DNA from: Burkholderiaceae bacterium
GTDB taxonomy: Bacteria > Pseudomonadota > Gammaproteobacteria > Burkholderiales > Burkholderiaceae_C
Direction of reading: 5' to 3'
DNA length: 64,000 bases
Assembly (NCBI GenBank): GCA_041396485.1
Contig: JAWKYM010000011.1
Coordinates: 10,948 to 74,947, forward strand
Made by a program: the position numbers and the translations under genes. Under the pieces are notes generated by a model. That model saw only the letters and a list, made by a program, of their open reading frames with translations. It was not told the origin of the DNA and made no database searches. This document shows positions 32,707 through 46,590 of this stretch, in pieces; position 1 is the first letter of the stretch, and each line of letters starts with the position of its first letter.

Positions 32707-34284
32707 TCACGCCGGCGCGACGGACTTGCGCGCCGTGAAGCTCAGGCTCTTGAACTCGCCGCTGGCAATGCGCTGTTGCCATTCGGCCGGGCCGGTGATG
32801 TGGGCGCTGGTGCCGCCGGCATCCACGGCCACGGTCACGGGCATGTCCACCACGTCGAACTCGTAAATGGCTTCCATGCCCAGGTCGGCAAAGCCGACCA
32901 CCCTGGCGGCCTTGATGGCCTTGCTGACCAGGTAGGCGGCGCCACCCACAGCCATCAGATAGGCGCTGGCGTTGTCCTTGATGGCCTCGATGGCGACGGG
33001 GCCGCGCTCGGATTTGCCGATCATGGCGATCAGGCCGGTCTGCTCGAGCATCATGCGCGTGAACTTGTCCATGCGAGTGGCGGTGGTGGGGCCGGCGGGG
33101 CCGACCACTTCATCGCGCACCGGATCGACCGGGCCGACGTAGTAGATGACGCGGTTGGTGAAGTCCACCGGCAGTTTTTCGCCCTTGGCCAGCATGTCCT
33201 GAATGCGCTTGTGCGCGGCGTCGCGGCCGGTGAGCATCTTGCCGTTCAGCAGCAGGGTCTGGCCGGGCTTCCAGCTGGCGACCTGTTCTTTCGTCAGCGT
33301 GTTGAGATCGACCCGCTGGCTGGTTTCGGTGTTGGGCGCCCATTGCACCTTGGGCCACAGGTCGAGGCTAGGGGCTTCCAGATACACCGGGCCCGAGCCG
33401 TCCATCACGAAGTGCGCGTGGCGCGTGGCGGCGCAGTTGGGGATCATGGCCACGGGCTTGCTGGCGGCGTGCGTGGGGTAGAGCTTGATCTTCACGTCCA
33501 GCACGGTGGACAGGCCGCCCAGGCCCTGCGCGCCAATGCCCAGGGCGTTGACTTTTTCGTACAGCTCCAGGCGCAGTTCTTCCACTTGGTCGAGCTTTTC
33601 GCCGCGCGCCGCCTTGGCCTGCAGCTCGTACATGTTCAGGTCGTCCATCAGGCTTTCCTTGGCCAGCAGCACGGCCTTTTCGGCGGTGCCGCCCACGCCG
33701 ATGCCCAGCATGCCGGGCGGACACCAACCCGCGCCCATGGTGGGCACGGTTTTCAGCACCCAGTCCACCAGGCTGTCGCTGGGGTTCATCATGATGACCT
33801 TGGACTTGTTCTCGCTGCCGCCGCCCTTGGCGGCCACGGTCACATCCAGCTTGTCGCCAGGCACGATCTGCACGTTGGTCACGGCGGGGGTGTTGTCCCG
33901 GGTGTTCTTGCGTGCGAACAGCGGATCGGCCACCACGCTGGCGCGCAGCGTGTTGTCGGGGTTCAGGTAGCCGCGGCGCACGCCTTCGTTGACGGCGTCC
34001 TCCAGGCACTGGTCGGCAGCAAAGCCTTCGAAGCGCACGTCCATGCCGATCTTCAGGAACACGTTGACGATGCCGGTGTCCTGGCAGATCGGGCGGTGGC
34101 CAAAGGCGCTCATCTTGCTGTTGGTCAGGATCTGTGCCATCGCGTCCCTGGCGGCGGGGCTTTGCTCGCGCTCGTAGGCGCGCGCCAGGTGGGCGATGTA
34201 GTCGGCGGGGTGGTAGTAGCTGATGTACTGCAGCGCGGCGGCGACGGACTCCACCAGGTCGGTGTAGCGGATGGTCGTGGTCAT
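32707..34284 (-). CDS. fumA: class I (Fe-S) fumarate hydratase
   Basis: 525 aa from the ATG at 34282-34284. RPICQDTGIVNVF, AAKGGGSENKS, and a C-terminal beta-domain (YYVGPVDPV...GPTTATRMD). Confidence 0.9.
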   Translation of the reverse strand: MTTTIRYTDLVESVAAALQYISYYHPADYIAHLARAYEREQSPAARDAMAQILTNSKMSAFGHRPICQDTGIVNVFLKIGMDVRFEGFAADQCLEDAVNEGVRRGYLNPDNTLRASVVADPLFARKNTRDNTPAVTNVQIVPGDKLDVTVAAKGGGSENKSKVIMMNPSDSLVDWVLKTVPTMGAGWCPPGMLGIGVGGTAEKAVLLAKESLMDDLNMYELQAKAARGEKLDQVEELRLELYEKVNALGIGAQGLGGLSTVLDVKIKLYPTHAASKPVAMIPNCAATRHAHFVMDGSGPVYLEAPSLDLWPKVQWAPNTETSQRVDLNTLTKEQVASWKPGQTLLLNGKMLTGRDAAHKRIQDMLAKGEKLPVDFTNRVIYYVGPVDPVRDEVVGPAGPTTATRMDKFTRMMLEQTGLIAMIGKSERGPVAIEAIKDNASAYLMAVGGAAYLVSKAIKAARVVGFADLGMEAIYEFDVVDMPVTVAVDAGGTSAHITGPAEWQQRIASGEFKSLSFTARKSVAPA

Positions 34285-34400
34285 GGGGGCATTCCTGACG
34301 AAGAGGGGGATCGGGGGAGGGCAACGCGGGCGCCAGCAAGGTTTTGCAGCCTCTGCTACCTTGCCGGTCAACGCAACCGCATATTTTGACAGGCCTGCCC

Positions 34401-35794
<1,394 letters not shown>

Positions 35795-35800
35795 GAAATA

Positions 35801-35865
35801 CTATTGAAATAATAGCTTATTGCGCTTTGTGGATGCGCGCCAAAGGCCAAAATGGCTCGCAATTC
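35801..35865 (-). repeat. REP-like element, copy 6 (fumC-acs spacer)
   Basis: CTATtgaaataATAGCTTATTGCGCTTTGtggatgcGCGCCAAAGGCCaaAATGGCTCGCAATTC. Confidence 0.8.
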
Positions 35866-36043
35866 TTGCGTCTTGGGCGGGGCCGGCCGCGCCAATTGGC
35901 GTATCGTTGACCCCGTGGGCCGCGCGCGCCGCCGAGACGGCGCGCCTGCTCCGTCAGAAGTCTGTAAGAGCGCCGCGCGATGATGCCGCCGTCAACGCGG
36001 GCATCCGCGGTGTTGAGTGCAACCCATCCAGGAGACAAAAATC

Positions 36044-38026
<1,983 letters not shown>

Positions 38027-38044
38027 CCAAGGTTTGAGCCAAAG

Positions 38045-38076
38045 CAAAAAAGCCTGCGCGATGCGCAGGCTTTTTT
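38045..38076. terminator. bidirectional terminator between acs and the cytochrome c gene
   Basis: A6-AGCCTGCGC-gat-GCGCAGGCT-T6. Confidence 0.85.
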
Positions 38077-38093
38077 GTTGGGGATTGGAGACG

Positions 38094-38405
38094 TTATTTC
38101 AGGCTCAGGATCCACGTGGCCAGGCTCTTGGCTTCGGCCGCGTTGACGTTGGCGTTGGGCGGCATGGGCACCGGGCCCCAGGTCCCGGAGCTGCCCTTCA
38201 TGATCTTCTCGGCCAGCATGTCCGCGGCACCGGCTTGTCCGCCAAATTTCTTGGCGACGTCCTTGTAGGCGGGGCCGACGACCTTCTTGTCGATGGCATG
38301 GCAGGCCATGCAGTTCTTGGCCTTGGCCATGGCTTCATCGGCCATGGCGGGGGTGGCGGCGGCAACGGCGGTCAGGGCAGCCAGGGTGAGCAGTACACGC
38401 TTCAT
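38094..38405 (-). CDS. small soluble class I c-type cytochrome (c551/c552-like)
   Basis: 103 aa from the ATG at 38403-38405. Signal peptide, haem motif CMACH, distal Met in GPVPMPP. Confidence 0.88.
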   Translation of the reverse strand: MKRVLLTLAALTAVAAATPAMADEAMAKAKNCMACHAIDKKVVGPAYKDVAKKFGGQAGAADMLAEKIMKGSSGTWGPVPMPPNANVNAAEAKSLATWILSLK

Positions 38406-38512
38406 AATGTTTCCTTTATCGTGAGAGTCAACTTGCAAGCACTCAACGTGATTGTAGGATCAGACGTTGACCCGGCTGGCAAATCCCCCACGGGGGGCAA
38501 GAGGAATACGCC

Positions 38513-38770
38513 ATGTACTTGTTGGGCTTGGGCATCATCTTGCTGCTGCTGAAGTGGCAGGGCATCGGCATGGTGGCCGATTGGTCCTGGTGGTGGGTGC
38601 TGGCGCCTTTTGCCGGCGCCATGCTGTGGTGGGCCTGGGCCGATTGGTCGGGCTACACCAAGCGCAAGGCCATGGAGCGCGACGACCAGCGCAAGCTGGA
38701 GCGCATCAATCGCCACCGCGAGGCGCTGGGCCAAAAGCCCAAGACGGCCGTGCCGCCGCGCAGGAGGTGA
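38513..38770 (+). CDS. small Trp-rich membrane protein (TIGR04438-like)
   Basis: 85 aa. Two TM segments with WSWWWVLAPF...LWWAWADWSGYTKRK, then a basic tail. Confidence 0.7.
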   Translation: MYLLGLGIILLLLKWQGIGMVADWSWWWVLAPFAGAMLWWAWADWSGYTKRKAMERDDQRKLERINRHREALGQKPKTAVPPRRR

Positions 38771-38948
38771 TTCACCCCCAGTTTCCACTCGCTGCGCGAT
38801 GTTTCGCCCACCCCCTTCCGGGGGCATCGCCAGTGGCCGGTACAAGCCCGGCCACGGCGATCGCTGATATGGCCTGCTCCGCGGCCGCTTGGCTCAGTGA
38901 GTCTGATGCGCGGTGGGCGGTGCGCAGGGCCGTGGGCAGCGGAGATGC

Positions 38949-39596
38949 TTACGGCGCCAGGCGCTCGCGCACCCAGGCGCCGGTGTCCAGCCGATAGCGC
39001 AGGCGGTCGTGCAGCCGGCTCTTGCGGCCTTGCCAGAATTCCCAACGGTCGGGCACCAACCGAAAGCCACCCCAATGGGAGGGACGGGGCGGCTTGAGCA
39101 AGAAGCGCGCGCTATAGCGCGCCGCCTCGGCCGCCAACCAAGCGCGGCTGGGGATGACCTGGCTCTGCGGGCTGGCCCACGCGCCGATGCGGCTGTCCAG
39201 CGGCCGGCTGGCGTAGTAGGCATCGCTTTCGGCTGCATCCACCTTCTCGACCTGACCTTCGATTCGTACCACGCGTTCCAACTCGACCCAGTGGAATTGC
39301 AGCGCGGCAAACGGGTTGCCGGCCAACTCGTGGCCCTTGCGACTGTCGTAATTGGTGTACCACACGATGCCACGTGCGTCGAAGTCCTTGATCAGCACGA
39401 TGCGCGTGCTGGGCCGCAAGTCGTTGCCCACGGTGGCCACGGTCATGGCGTTGGGCTCGGCCACCTCGCCACGGCGCGCCTCGTCGAACCATTGGCTGAA
39501 TTGGGCCAGCGGGTCGGCGTGCGAGGCCGATTCGGACAGCTCGGCGCGCTCATAGCTCTTGCGCAGGGAGGCCAGGGAGTTGGATGGGTCAGACAT
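38949..39596 (-). CDS. pdxH: pyridoxamine 5'-phosphate oxidase
   Basis: 215 aa. [24 protein letters not shown]...RIEG...[17 protein letters not shown]...RLHDR. Confidence 0.95.
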   Translation of the reverse strand: MSDPSNSLASLRKSYERAELSESASHADPLAQFSQWFDEARRGEVAEPNAMTVATVGNDLRPSTRIVLIKDFDARGIVWYTNYDSRKGHELAGNPFAALQFHWVELERVVRIEGQVEKVDAAESDAYYASRPLDSRIGAWASPQSQVIPSRAWLAAEAARYSARFLLKPPRPSHWGGFRLVPDRWEFWQGRKSRLHDRLRYRLDTGAWVRERLAP

Positions 39597-39625
39597 GGAG
39601 GGTGATTGTGGCCAGGATGGATGGC

Positions 39626-40105
39626 TCAGATTTCCAGGGGACAGACGTCGTCCACCGGACGCTTGACGTTTCCGGTATGAAAGTAGTCGCGCAAACGCAG
39701 CAGGGCGCGAAAGAATCCCTTGCGCTCACCGGGCGGCAACAGCCGGATCGCGGCGGCTTGGCGTGAGCGGGCGATGGGCAGGGCTTGACGATGGAGCTCG
39801 TCACCCTGGGCCGAAATCGAGCACCAGGTCTTCTTGCGCGGCCCTGAGCCTTCGATCTCCAGCGCCACCAGCCCGCGCGTTTCCAGCAGTTTCAGCGTTC
39901 GACTGACCAGCGCCTTGTCCGAGGTGGACTGATCGACCAGCTCGTTGAAGGCGATGCGCCGCGCGTGCGCGATCAGCGACGGCAGGCGCCACTCGGACAC
40001 CGTCAAGCCGAACTCCTCGGCGTAGGGGACGGTCACCGTCCGGCGCAGCGCATTGCCGACTTGACTCATCGGCGTCGTGATGAACAGGTCCACGGTCAAG
40101 CCCAT
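39626..40105 (-). CDS. MarR-family transcriptional regulator
   Basis: 159 aa. Winged helix-turn-helix [14 protein letters not shown]...[28 protein letters not shown]. Confidence 0.85.
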   Translation of the reverse strand: MGLTVDLFITTPMSQVGNALRRTVTVPYAEEFGLTVSEWRLPSLIAHARRIAFNELVDQSTSDKALVSRTLKLLETRGLVALEIEGSGPRKKTWCSISAQGDELHRQALPIARSRQAAAIRLLPPGERKGFFRALLRLRDYFHTGNVKRPVDDVCPLEI

Positions 40106-40398
40106 GCCTTGAGGGGCAGGTCGGTCCAGGGGGTGGTGGCTTCGTCCGCTTCAAGCTTCATGGGCGAGATTGTCTCGTGTTGGCGCGCCGCTCGGATGGG
40201 CGCATGGTGTGTTCGGGAACTCCAAAATTTGAGCAATCAACCATGGCGCAGCAGGATACAAATGCTCCTGCAAGAAGTGCCCCACGCGGGCACATCGACG
40301 GCCAAAAATCACCGGCAGGGCACCGCCGTGACGGCATCGGCGAAAGCCCCGGCACCATCGCATTGGGAGCACGCGAAAGTCGAAAAATTGACGGGCTC

Positions 40399-41028
40399 TC
40401 AATCTTCGGCGTAGCGCAGCAGCCGGCTCAGGCCGGGGTCCTGCACGCCGTGGGCGTGCAGGCTCGCCAGGGTCTGGCGCGCGTAGTCCAGCGTGCTGCC
40501 ATAGCGCCCCCGCGCGTGGCGAAAGATATCGCGGTATTGCTCGGGGGCCAGCGCGCCCGTGTACGAGGGGCTGCGCCGCGACAGGGTGAAGGCCAGCGCT
40601 TGCACCGGGCCGTGGGGCGTGGCGCAGGGCAGCCAGCGCGGGTCGTAGACGGCGCTGGGCATCTCGCGCGCCCACAGCAGGTCGAACACGGCGTCGGCCT
40701 CGCGCGTGGGCACGCGATAGACCACGCCGCGGCAACTGCCGCCGGGCAGCAGGGCAAACACCAGCCCCGGCTGCTCGGGCGTGCCGCGGTTGACACGGCT
40801 CCACATGGCCAGGGCGCGGTGCCAGCCGTGCACTCGGGTCGGGTGGCGCTCGGCGGGATTGAAGTCGGGCCGCCAGATCAGCGAGGCGTAGCCGAACACC
40901 CACAACTGGCCCCGCGAGCCGACTTGCTGGCGCCATTGGGCGCGGGTGAGTTCGCGCAATTGCTCGGGGTCGCGGCCGGGTGGGCGCAGGTGCTCATACG
41001 GGGCGTAGGCGGCGGACGCAGACTTCAT
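40399..41028 (-). CDS. chaC: ChaC-family gamma-glutamylcyclotransferase
   Basis: 209 aa. LWVFGYASLIWRP...GTPEQPGLVFALLPGGSCRGVVYRV. Confidence 0.85.
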   Translation of the reverse strand: MKSASAAYAPYEHLRPPGRDPEQLRELTRAQWRQQVGSRGQLWVFGYASLIWRPDFNPAERHPTRVHGWHRALAMWSRVNRGTPEQPGLVFALLPGGSCRGVVYRVPTREADAVFDLLWAREMPSAVYDPRWLPCATPHGPVQALAFTLSRRSPSYTGALAPEQYRDIFRHARGRYGSTLDYARQTLASLHAHGVQDPGLSRLLRYAED

Positions 41029-41074
41029 GAGACGAATTTATACAATGGCGGGTTTCGAATTTCTGGAGCACAAC

Positions 41075-41608
41075 ATGTCAACACAAAACGATGAGTCGCA
41101 TGGCCTGGTTCTGGGCGTGGTTTTTGGCCTGATCGTGCTGGTCATTGGCCTGATTTTCGGCCTGGTGCTGGGCCGCGGCGCCGGCAATGCAGCACCGGCT
41201 GCCGTGGCCCAAGCAGCAGCCATGCCGCCGGCCTCCGCGGCGGTGGCCATGGCGGCGGCGGCCGAGACTGCCGCCAGCGACGCGGCCCGGGTGCAGGTGC
41301 AGGGCGAGGTGGTCAAGTTCTTCTTTGCCAGCGGCCAGGCCGAGCTGGCGGCCGGTGCGCCGGAGGCGCTGGGCGTCATCGTCAAGGGCGTGGCGGCGGG
41401 CCGCAAGGCGGTGATCAGCGGCTATCACGACGCCACCGGCGACGCGGCCAGCAACGAGGAGCTGGCCAAGCAGCGCGCCCTGGCCGTCAAGAGCGCCCTG
41501 CAGGCGCTGGGCATTGGCGAGGACAAGATCGAGCTGCGCAAGCCCGAGGTCGGCACCGCGAGCGGCAACAATGCCGAGGCGCGGCGCGTGGAGGTGACGC
41601 TGGAGTGA
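41075..41608 (+). CDS. OmpA/MotB-domain protein with an N-terminal TM anchor
   Basis: 177 aa from the ATG at 41075. TM helix, Ala-rich linker, C-terminal FFFASGQAEL...GYHDATGDAASNEELAKQRALAV...NAEARRVEV. Confidence 0.85.
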   Translation: MSTQNDESHGLVLGVVFGLIVLVIGLIFGLVLGRGAGNAAPAAVAQAAAMPPASAAVAMAAAAETAASDAARVQVQGEVVKFFFASGQAELAAGAPEALGVIVKGVAAGRKAVISGYHDATGDAASNEELAKQRALAVKSALQALGIGEDKIELRKPEVGTASGNNAEARRVEVTLE

Positions 41609-41628
41609 TTGGACGTCATCGTCAGCCT

Positions 41629-41656
41629 GAAAAGACCCGGCCAGCGCCGGGTTTTT
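41629..41656. terminator. terminator between the OmpA-like gene and gloA (convergent)
   Basis: ACCCGGC-cagc-GCCGGGT followed by T5, with an A-rich 5' flank. Confidence 0.7.
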
Positions 41657-41675
41657 CATGGGGCAGACCCGGCGG

Positions 41676-42089
41676 TCAGCGCAGGCCGCCGCCAGAGGCG
41701 CCTTCGGCGCGCTGGATCAGCTCGATCTTGTAGCCGTCGGGGTCGGTGACAAAGGCGATGACGGTGGTGCCGCCCTTGACGGGGCCGGCCGCGCGCGTGA
41801 CGTTGCCGCCGGCGGCCTGGATCTTCTCGCAGGCGGCGTAGGCGTCGGGCACGGCGATGGCGATGTGGCCGTAGGCGGAGCCCATGTCATACGTCTCGGT
41901 GCCCCAGTTGTAGGTCAGCTCGATCTCGGCCTGGCCGGGGTTGCCGCCTTCGTAGCCGACGAAGGCCAGCGAGTACTTGTACTCGGGGTTTTCGGAGGTG
42001 CGCAGCAGTTGCATGCCCAGAACCTGGGTGTAGAAGTCGATGGCGCGCTGGAGGTTGCCCACGCGCAGCATGGTGTGCAGGATTCTCAT
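41676..42089 (-). CDS. gloA: lactoylglutathione lyase (glyoxalase I)
   Basis: 137 aa from the ATG at 42087-42089, [26 protein letters not shown]...AYGHIAI...[10 protein letters not shown]. Confidence 0.95.
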   Translation of the reverse strand: MRILHTMLRVGNLQRAIDFYTQVLGMQLLRTSENPEYKYSLAFVGYEGGNPGQAEIELTYNWGTETYDMGSAYGHIAIAVPDAYAACEKIQAAGGNVTRAAGPVKGGTTVIAFVTDPDGYKIELIQRAEGASGGGLR

Positions 42090-42138
42090 GCGCCCGATTG
42101 TGCCCGTGCGGCGCGGAACGGGGGCTGGCTGCCGGGTT

Positions 42139-43677
42139 TCAGCGCGCCGCCCGCAAGCGCTCGCGCAAGGCCGTCTTGAGCACCTTGCCATAGTTGTTCT
42201 TGGGCAGCTCGCTCACGAAAACGTAGCGCTTGGGGCGCTTGAAGCGCGCCATGTGGGCGATGCAATGGGCATCCAGCGCGGCCACGTCGGGTGCGGCGAG
42301 GCCGGCGCCGGCAACGACGAAGGCCACCACGTTCTCGCCCCATTGCGCATCCGGCTCGCCCACCACGGCGACCTCGGCCACGCCGGGAGCCGTCAGCAGG
42401 GTTTCTTCGACCTCGCGCGGGTAGATGTTGCTGCCGCCGCTGATGATCAGGTCCTTGCTGCGGTCCTTCAGCGTCAGGTAGCCGTCGGCGTCCAGCGCGC
42501 CCATGTCGCCGGTGAACAGCCAGCCATCGCGGATGGCGGCCCGCGTGGCCTCGGGGTTGTTCCAGTAGCCGGCCATCACGCTGTCGCCGCGCACCAGCAC
42601 CTCGCCCACGTCGCCCAGCGGCAGGTCGCGGCCGCCGGTGTCGGTGACGCGCACGCGCACGGGGGTTTGGGCCACGCCGATGCTGGCGATGCGTTCGCCG
42701 TAGCGTGGGTGCGCGACATCCGCCAGGTCGGCGCGCGAGAGCACCGTGCCGACCATGGGCGTCTCGCCCTGGCCGTAGATCTGCACGAAGCGCGGGCCCA
42801 TCACGGCCAGCGCGCGCTGGATGTCGGCCCGGTACATGGGCGCGCCGCCGTAGACGATGGTCTTGAACGAGCGCGCGCAGTCGGCGGGCGACAGGCCGGC
42901 ACGTGCGGCGTGATCCACCAGCCGGCCCACGATGGTGGGCGCGGCAAACAGCGACAGCGGCCCGACGGCGCGGCCCAGTGCGAACAGCTCGGCGGGATCG
43001 ACCCCGCCCGAGGCCGGCACCACATGGCGCGCGCCGGCCATCAGGTGCGGAATGGCGTACAGGCCGGCGCCGTGCGAGAGGGGTGCGGCGTAGGCGATGG
43101 CGTCGGCCGGCGCCACCGGATCGACATCGACGTGGTAGCCCAGGCCCATGGTCATCAGGTTGCGCCCGGTCAGCATCACGCCCTTGGGGCGGCCGGTGGT
43201 GCCGCTGGTGTAGAACAGCCAGGCGAGGTCCTCCGGCGCGCGCTCGGCCAGTGGAACGTCCAGGGGGGCGGGCGCCTCGGCCAGCAGGGCGTCGGCGTCG
43301 GGTGCATCCAGCTCGATCTGGCGCGCGATGCCGGCCAGCGGCGCGCTGGCCACGTCGGCGGTGACGAAGGCCCAGCGCGCGCCGCTGTCGGCCACGATCC
43401 ATTCGACCTCGCGCGGGTGCAGCTTGGCGTTGACCGGCACCGCCACCAGCCCGGCCCACCACAGGCCCCACAGCACCTCGAGATAGCGCGGGTGATTGCG
43501 CGCGAACAGCAGCACCCGGTCGCCGGGCTGCAGGCCGGCATGGCGCAGGCGCGTCGCCAGGCCGGCGCTGCGGGCGGCCCACTGGCGGTGGCTGGCATGC
43601 AGGCGTTCGCCGTGCAGGATGGCGTCGCCGTGCGGCTGGCGGCGCGCCTGTCGCACCAGCAAGTGGGCCAGATTCAT
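42139..43677 (-). CDS. AMP-binding acyl-CoA synthetase (class I adenylate-forming enzyme)
   Basis: 512 aa. [49 protein letters not shown]. Confidence 0.88.
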   Translation of the reverse strand: MNLAHLLVRQARRQPHGDAILHGERLHASHRQWAARSAGLATRLRHAGLQPGDRVLLFARNHPRYLEVLWGLWWAGLVAVPVNAKLHPREVEWIVADSGARWAFVTADVASAPLAGIARQIELDAPDADALLAEAPAPLDVPLAERAPEDLAWLFYTSGTTGRPKGVMLTGRNLMTMGLGYHVDVDPVAPADAIAYAAPLSHGAGLYAIPHLMAGARHVVPASGGVDPAELFALGRAVGPLSLFAAPTIVGRLVDHAARAGLSPADCARSFKTIVYGGAPMYRADIQRALAVMGPRFVQIYGQGETPMVGTVLSRADLADVAHPRYGERIASIGVAQTPVRVRVTDTGGRDLPLGDVGEVLVRGDSVMAGYWNNPEATRAAIRDGWLFTGDMGALDADGYLTLKDRSKDLIISGGSNIYPREVEETLLTAPGVAEVAVVGEPDAQWGENVVAFVVAGAGLAAPDVAALDAHCIAHMARFKRPKRYVFVSELPKNNYGKVLKTALRERLRAAR

Positions 43678-43714
43678 CGGGGTTTCCTTGAAAGGCGTTG
43701 CCCCGGATTATGAG

Positions 43715-43774
43715 TCAAATCGTGCTCTGGCGCGCATAGAGAAAGCGCGAATAGCTATAAATATAGTAGCTATC
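43715..43774 (+). repeat. REP-like element, copy 7
   Basis: TCAAATCGTGCTCTGGCGCgcatagagAAAGCGCGAATAGCTATaaatATAGtAGCTATC, between the phosphoesterase stop and the acyl-CoA synthetase start. Confidence 0.75.
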
Positions 43775-43792
43775 GCATGGCGTTGCCGGCGG

Positions 43793-44617
43793 TCAGATCA
43801 GGTGGCTGGGGCCGAACGGGTCCACGTAGCTGAAGTGGCAGGCCAGGCCGTCCTCGGGTGTCCAGCGGTACAGGCCGACCATGGGGGGCTCGAAGCGGCA
43901 GGCCAGCGGCGCCCCCGGGCGCAGGTCCAGGGACAGCTGGTGCGAGCTGGACGGCGCCACCACCACGGGCGCGCCGCCCAGTTGCCCGACGATGGGGCGG
44001 TGCATGTGGCCGGCGGCGATCAGCTGCACGCCGCCGTGCGCCGCCACCAGCCGGCCCAGCTCGGCGCGGCCGTGCAGCAGGCCGCAGGCGTCCATGGCGC
44101 TCATGCCGCTGACCAGGGGCGGGTGGTGCAGGAAGATCAGCACCGGCCGCCCGGGGCAGGCGGCCAGCTGGCGCTGCAGCCAGTCCAGCTGCCCGGCGCC
44201 GAGCGCGCCGTGCGGGGCGCCGGGCACCACGCTGTCCAGGCCGATGAAATGCATGCCCGCATGTTCGACATGCAGGCAAAGATGCTCGCCGGGCGCGTCG
44301 GGTGCCACGGGCATGACCCCGGCCAGGGCCTGGCGCGCGCTCGCACGCAGGTCGTGGTTGCCCGGCACGGCCAGCACCCGCGGGCCGCCGTCGGCGGGCG
44401 CCGGCAGCGCGCTGGCCAGCAGGTCGGCGATCTCGGCGTAGTCCTGCGGCTGGCCGCTGTCGGCCAGGTCGCCCGTCAGCAGCAGCACGTCGATCGCCGG
44501 CTGCAGCGAGCGCACGTGCGCCAAGGCGCGGCGCAGGCCGCCGCTGGGGTTGACCGGACCGGTCAGCAGGCCGGGCTTGAGGCCGATGTGCGGGTCGGTG
44601 ATCTGGGCGATCAGCAT
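43793..44617 (-). CDS. metallophosphoesterase (CpdA/Icc-like)
   Basis: 274 aa from the ATG at 44615-44617 (the track ORF begins at an upstream TTG). DPH, GDLAD, GNHD, HHPP, GHMH motifs. Confidence 0.85.
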   Translation of the reverse strand: MLIAQITDPHIGLKPGLLTGPVNPSGGLRRALAHVRSLQPAIDVLLLTGDLADSGQPQDYAEIADLLASALPAPADGGPRVLAVPGNHDLRASARQALAGVMPVAPDAPGEHLCLHVEHAGMHFIGLDSVVPGAPHGALGAGQLDWLQRQLAACPGRPVLIFLHHPPLVSGMSAMDACGLLHGRAELGRLVAAHGGVQLIAAGHMHRPIVGQLGGAPVVVAPSSSHQLSLDLRPGAPLACRFEPPMVGLYRWTPEDGLACHFSYVDPFGPSHLI

Positions 44618-44663
44618 GGGCGGCGGAGGCGGCAAATGGGATGGCGCGGGTGGGGTGCCGCGC

Positions 44664-45446
44664 TCATGCCGGCACGGTGTAGTTCAGCGCCATGCGCCCG
44701 CCGTCCACCATGACGATCTCGCCCGTCATGTAGCTGGCGGCATCGCTGGCCAGGAAGGCCACCACGTCGGCCACCTCGCCGGGCTCGCCCAGGCGCTTCA
44801 TCGGCGTGCGCATCATGATCTTGGTCCTGGCTTCCTCGCTGGTCAGCACCGCCTGGGCAGCCAGTTCGGTGGCGATGGTGCCGGGGCCCACGGCGTTGAC
44901 GCGCACGCCCTGGTCGGCCAGTGCCAGCGCCATGGCGCGCGTGAGCTGGTTGAGCCCGCCCTTGCTGACGTTGTAGCTGGCGATGTTGGGGATGGCCAGC
45001 ACGCTGTTGACCGAGCTCATGTTGACGATGGCGCCGCGGCCGGCGGCGGCCATCGCGCGTGCCACGGCCTGGCCCATCAGGAAGGCGCCCTTGAGGTTGA
45101 CGCGCAGCACGGCGTCGAAGTCGGCCTCGGTCACATCCAGAAAATCGGCCGCCTTGAAGATGCCGGCGTTGTTGACCAGCACGTCGATGCGCCCGTGCCG
45201 TGCCAGCACCCGGGCCACCAGCGCGTCCACCTGCGCCTTGTCGCCGACGTCGCAGTGCACGTACTCGGCCTGCAGCTCGGCCGCCAGGGCCTGGCCGGCG
45301 GCGTCGGCCACGTCGGCGATGACGACCTGCGCGGCTTCGCGCGCAAAGCGCCGCGCGCAGGCCGCGCCAATGCCTTGCGCAGCGCCGGTGACGATGACGA
45401 CACGGCCTTGCAGGCCAAAGCAGATGGGCGGAGTCGGGTTGGTCAT
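44664..45446 (-). CDS. SDR-family oxidoreductase
   Basis: 260 aa from the ATG at 45444-45446. TGAAQGIG, NNAG, SSxxS...YNVSK catalytic tetrad. Confidence 0.9.
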   Translation of the reverse strand: MTNPTPPICFGLQGRVVIVTGAAQGIGAACARRFAREAAQVVIADVADAAGQALAAELQAEYVHCDVGDKAQVDALVARVLARHGRIDVLVNNAGIFKAADFLDVTEADFDAVLRVNLKGAFLMGQAVARAMAAAGRGAIVNMSSVNSVLAIPNIASYNVSKGGLNQLTRAMALALADQGVRVNAVGPGTIATELAAQAVLTSEEARTKIMMRTPMKRLGEPGEVADVVAFLASDAASYMTGEIVMVDGGRMALNYTVPA

Positions 45447-45549
45447 GGGACGGAAATCGCAGGGTCGAAAAAGCGCCTGAAATGTATCACTTGAGTATGC
45501 ACTTTGGAGCCGCTTGACGATCGCGCGGCCCGCGCCCGGCGGGCCGATT

Positions 45550-46497
45550 TCAGGGCGCGGCCGCGCGGGCTCGCTCCAGCAAGCGGGCCAGCGTGACGTG
45601 CCCGGCGCGGCGCGCGTAGTCGGCGGCGCTGTGGCCCTGCGGGTCGGTGCGCCGCGGGTCGGCGCCGGCGTCCAGCAGCCGTTGCACCTGCGCCGCATCG
45701 CCGCGGGCGGCCGCGCGCATCAGGGCCGTGCGGCCGTCCGGGTCCACGGCATCGACCGGTCTGGCCGCTTCGTCTGCCACCGCGTCCAGGGGGCGTGGCG
45801 CGGGAGCTGGTGGTGTCGCGGCCTTGGCGGAGGCATTGGGTGCGGCATGGGGCGCGGCGCCGGGCGCGGTGGGTGGCCACGGCGCGCCGCTGTTGCGCTG
45901 GGTTGGGCTGAGCGCTGGCGATGGCGCTGTGGGCGCAGCCTGCGCTGGCTCGGCGTGGGGCCGGGCGTGCTCCCGCGCGGCCGCCGGCGCTGGCGCGCGG
46001 CGGGCCGAGGGCGGCATGGCATCGGCCTGGGCAGCGACGGGCGGCGCAGGGGGGCTGGGCGCAGCGGCGCCTGCGGACGATTCGGCCTGCGGCGGCGCCA
46101 GCGCGTCGGGGGCGTGGCGCGGGTCGGCGCCGCGCTCAAACTGAAGGGCCAGCAGAGCGGCCAGCCCCAGCACGGCCAGGCTGGCGACGGCCGGTGCCGC
46201 CCAGCGCCGGTCGTTGGCGGCCTCGACCGGCGGGGTGGGCGCCAGGGGACCGGCGCTGAAGTCCAGCTCACCAGCAGCGGCATCGGCATGCGCCCCGTCG
46301 GTGGCCGGATGGGCCGGCGTTTGGGGGTGGGGCGGCTGGGCGGCGCACTCGCGGGCCACGGCCCCGGCCTGGGCCAGCACGGCGGCGCGCAGGGCGGGGC
46401 CGGGGGCCGCGCCGTCGAGCGCGCCGGCCTCGTGGTAGCGCTGCACCAGCGCGTCGCTGGTGAGCGGAGTCGTGGGGTCGGCCGGCGTGGGATTCAT
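45550..46497 (-). CDS. putative anti-sigma factor: cytoplasmic N-domain, one TM helix, Pro/Ala-rich linker, periplasmic ankyrin repeats
   Basis: Follows the ECF sigma gene. TM segment AAPAVASLAVLGLAALLALQF. C-terminal DPDGRTALMRAAARGDAAQVQRLLDAGADPRRTDPQGHSAADYARRAGH (two ANK repeats). Start is the ATG at 46497 or the GTG at 46512. Confidence 0.65.
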   Translation of the reverse strand: MNPTPADPTTPLTSDALVQRYHEAGALDGAAPGPALRAAVLAQAGAVARECAAQPPHPQTPAHPATDGAHADAAAGELDFSAGPLAPTPPVEAANDRRWAAPAVASLAVLGLAALLALQFERGADPRHAPDALAPPQAESSAGAAAPSPPAPPVAAQADAMPPSARRAPAPAAAREHARPHAEPAQAAPTAPSPALSPTQRNSGAPWPPTAPGAAPHAAPNASAKAATPPAPAPRPLDAVADEAARPVDAVDPDGRTALMRAAARGDAAQVQRLLDAGADPRRTDPQGHSAADYARRAGHVTLARLLERARAAAP

Positions 46498-46590
46498 GGG
46501 TTTGCCCTGCACGTTGTGCCCGGCGTGCTCACTGGACTACCCTCCGCGCTGTGCGCTGCGGGATTCGCGCTTGGGAGCGGCCCGGCGCGC

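Noticed and set aside
40106-40398. 293-bp spacer of lower apparent GC between chaC and marR, considered as a possible sRNA or small-protein locus (ORFs 40158..40358 and 40177..41094).
   Set aside because: The ORFs have atypical composition, no ribosome-binding site, and one runs antisense through chaC. The only structures seen are a weak chaC terminator (about 40295-40320) and short palindromes compatible with a MarR operator/promoter region.
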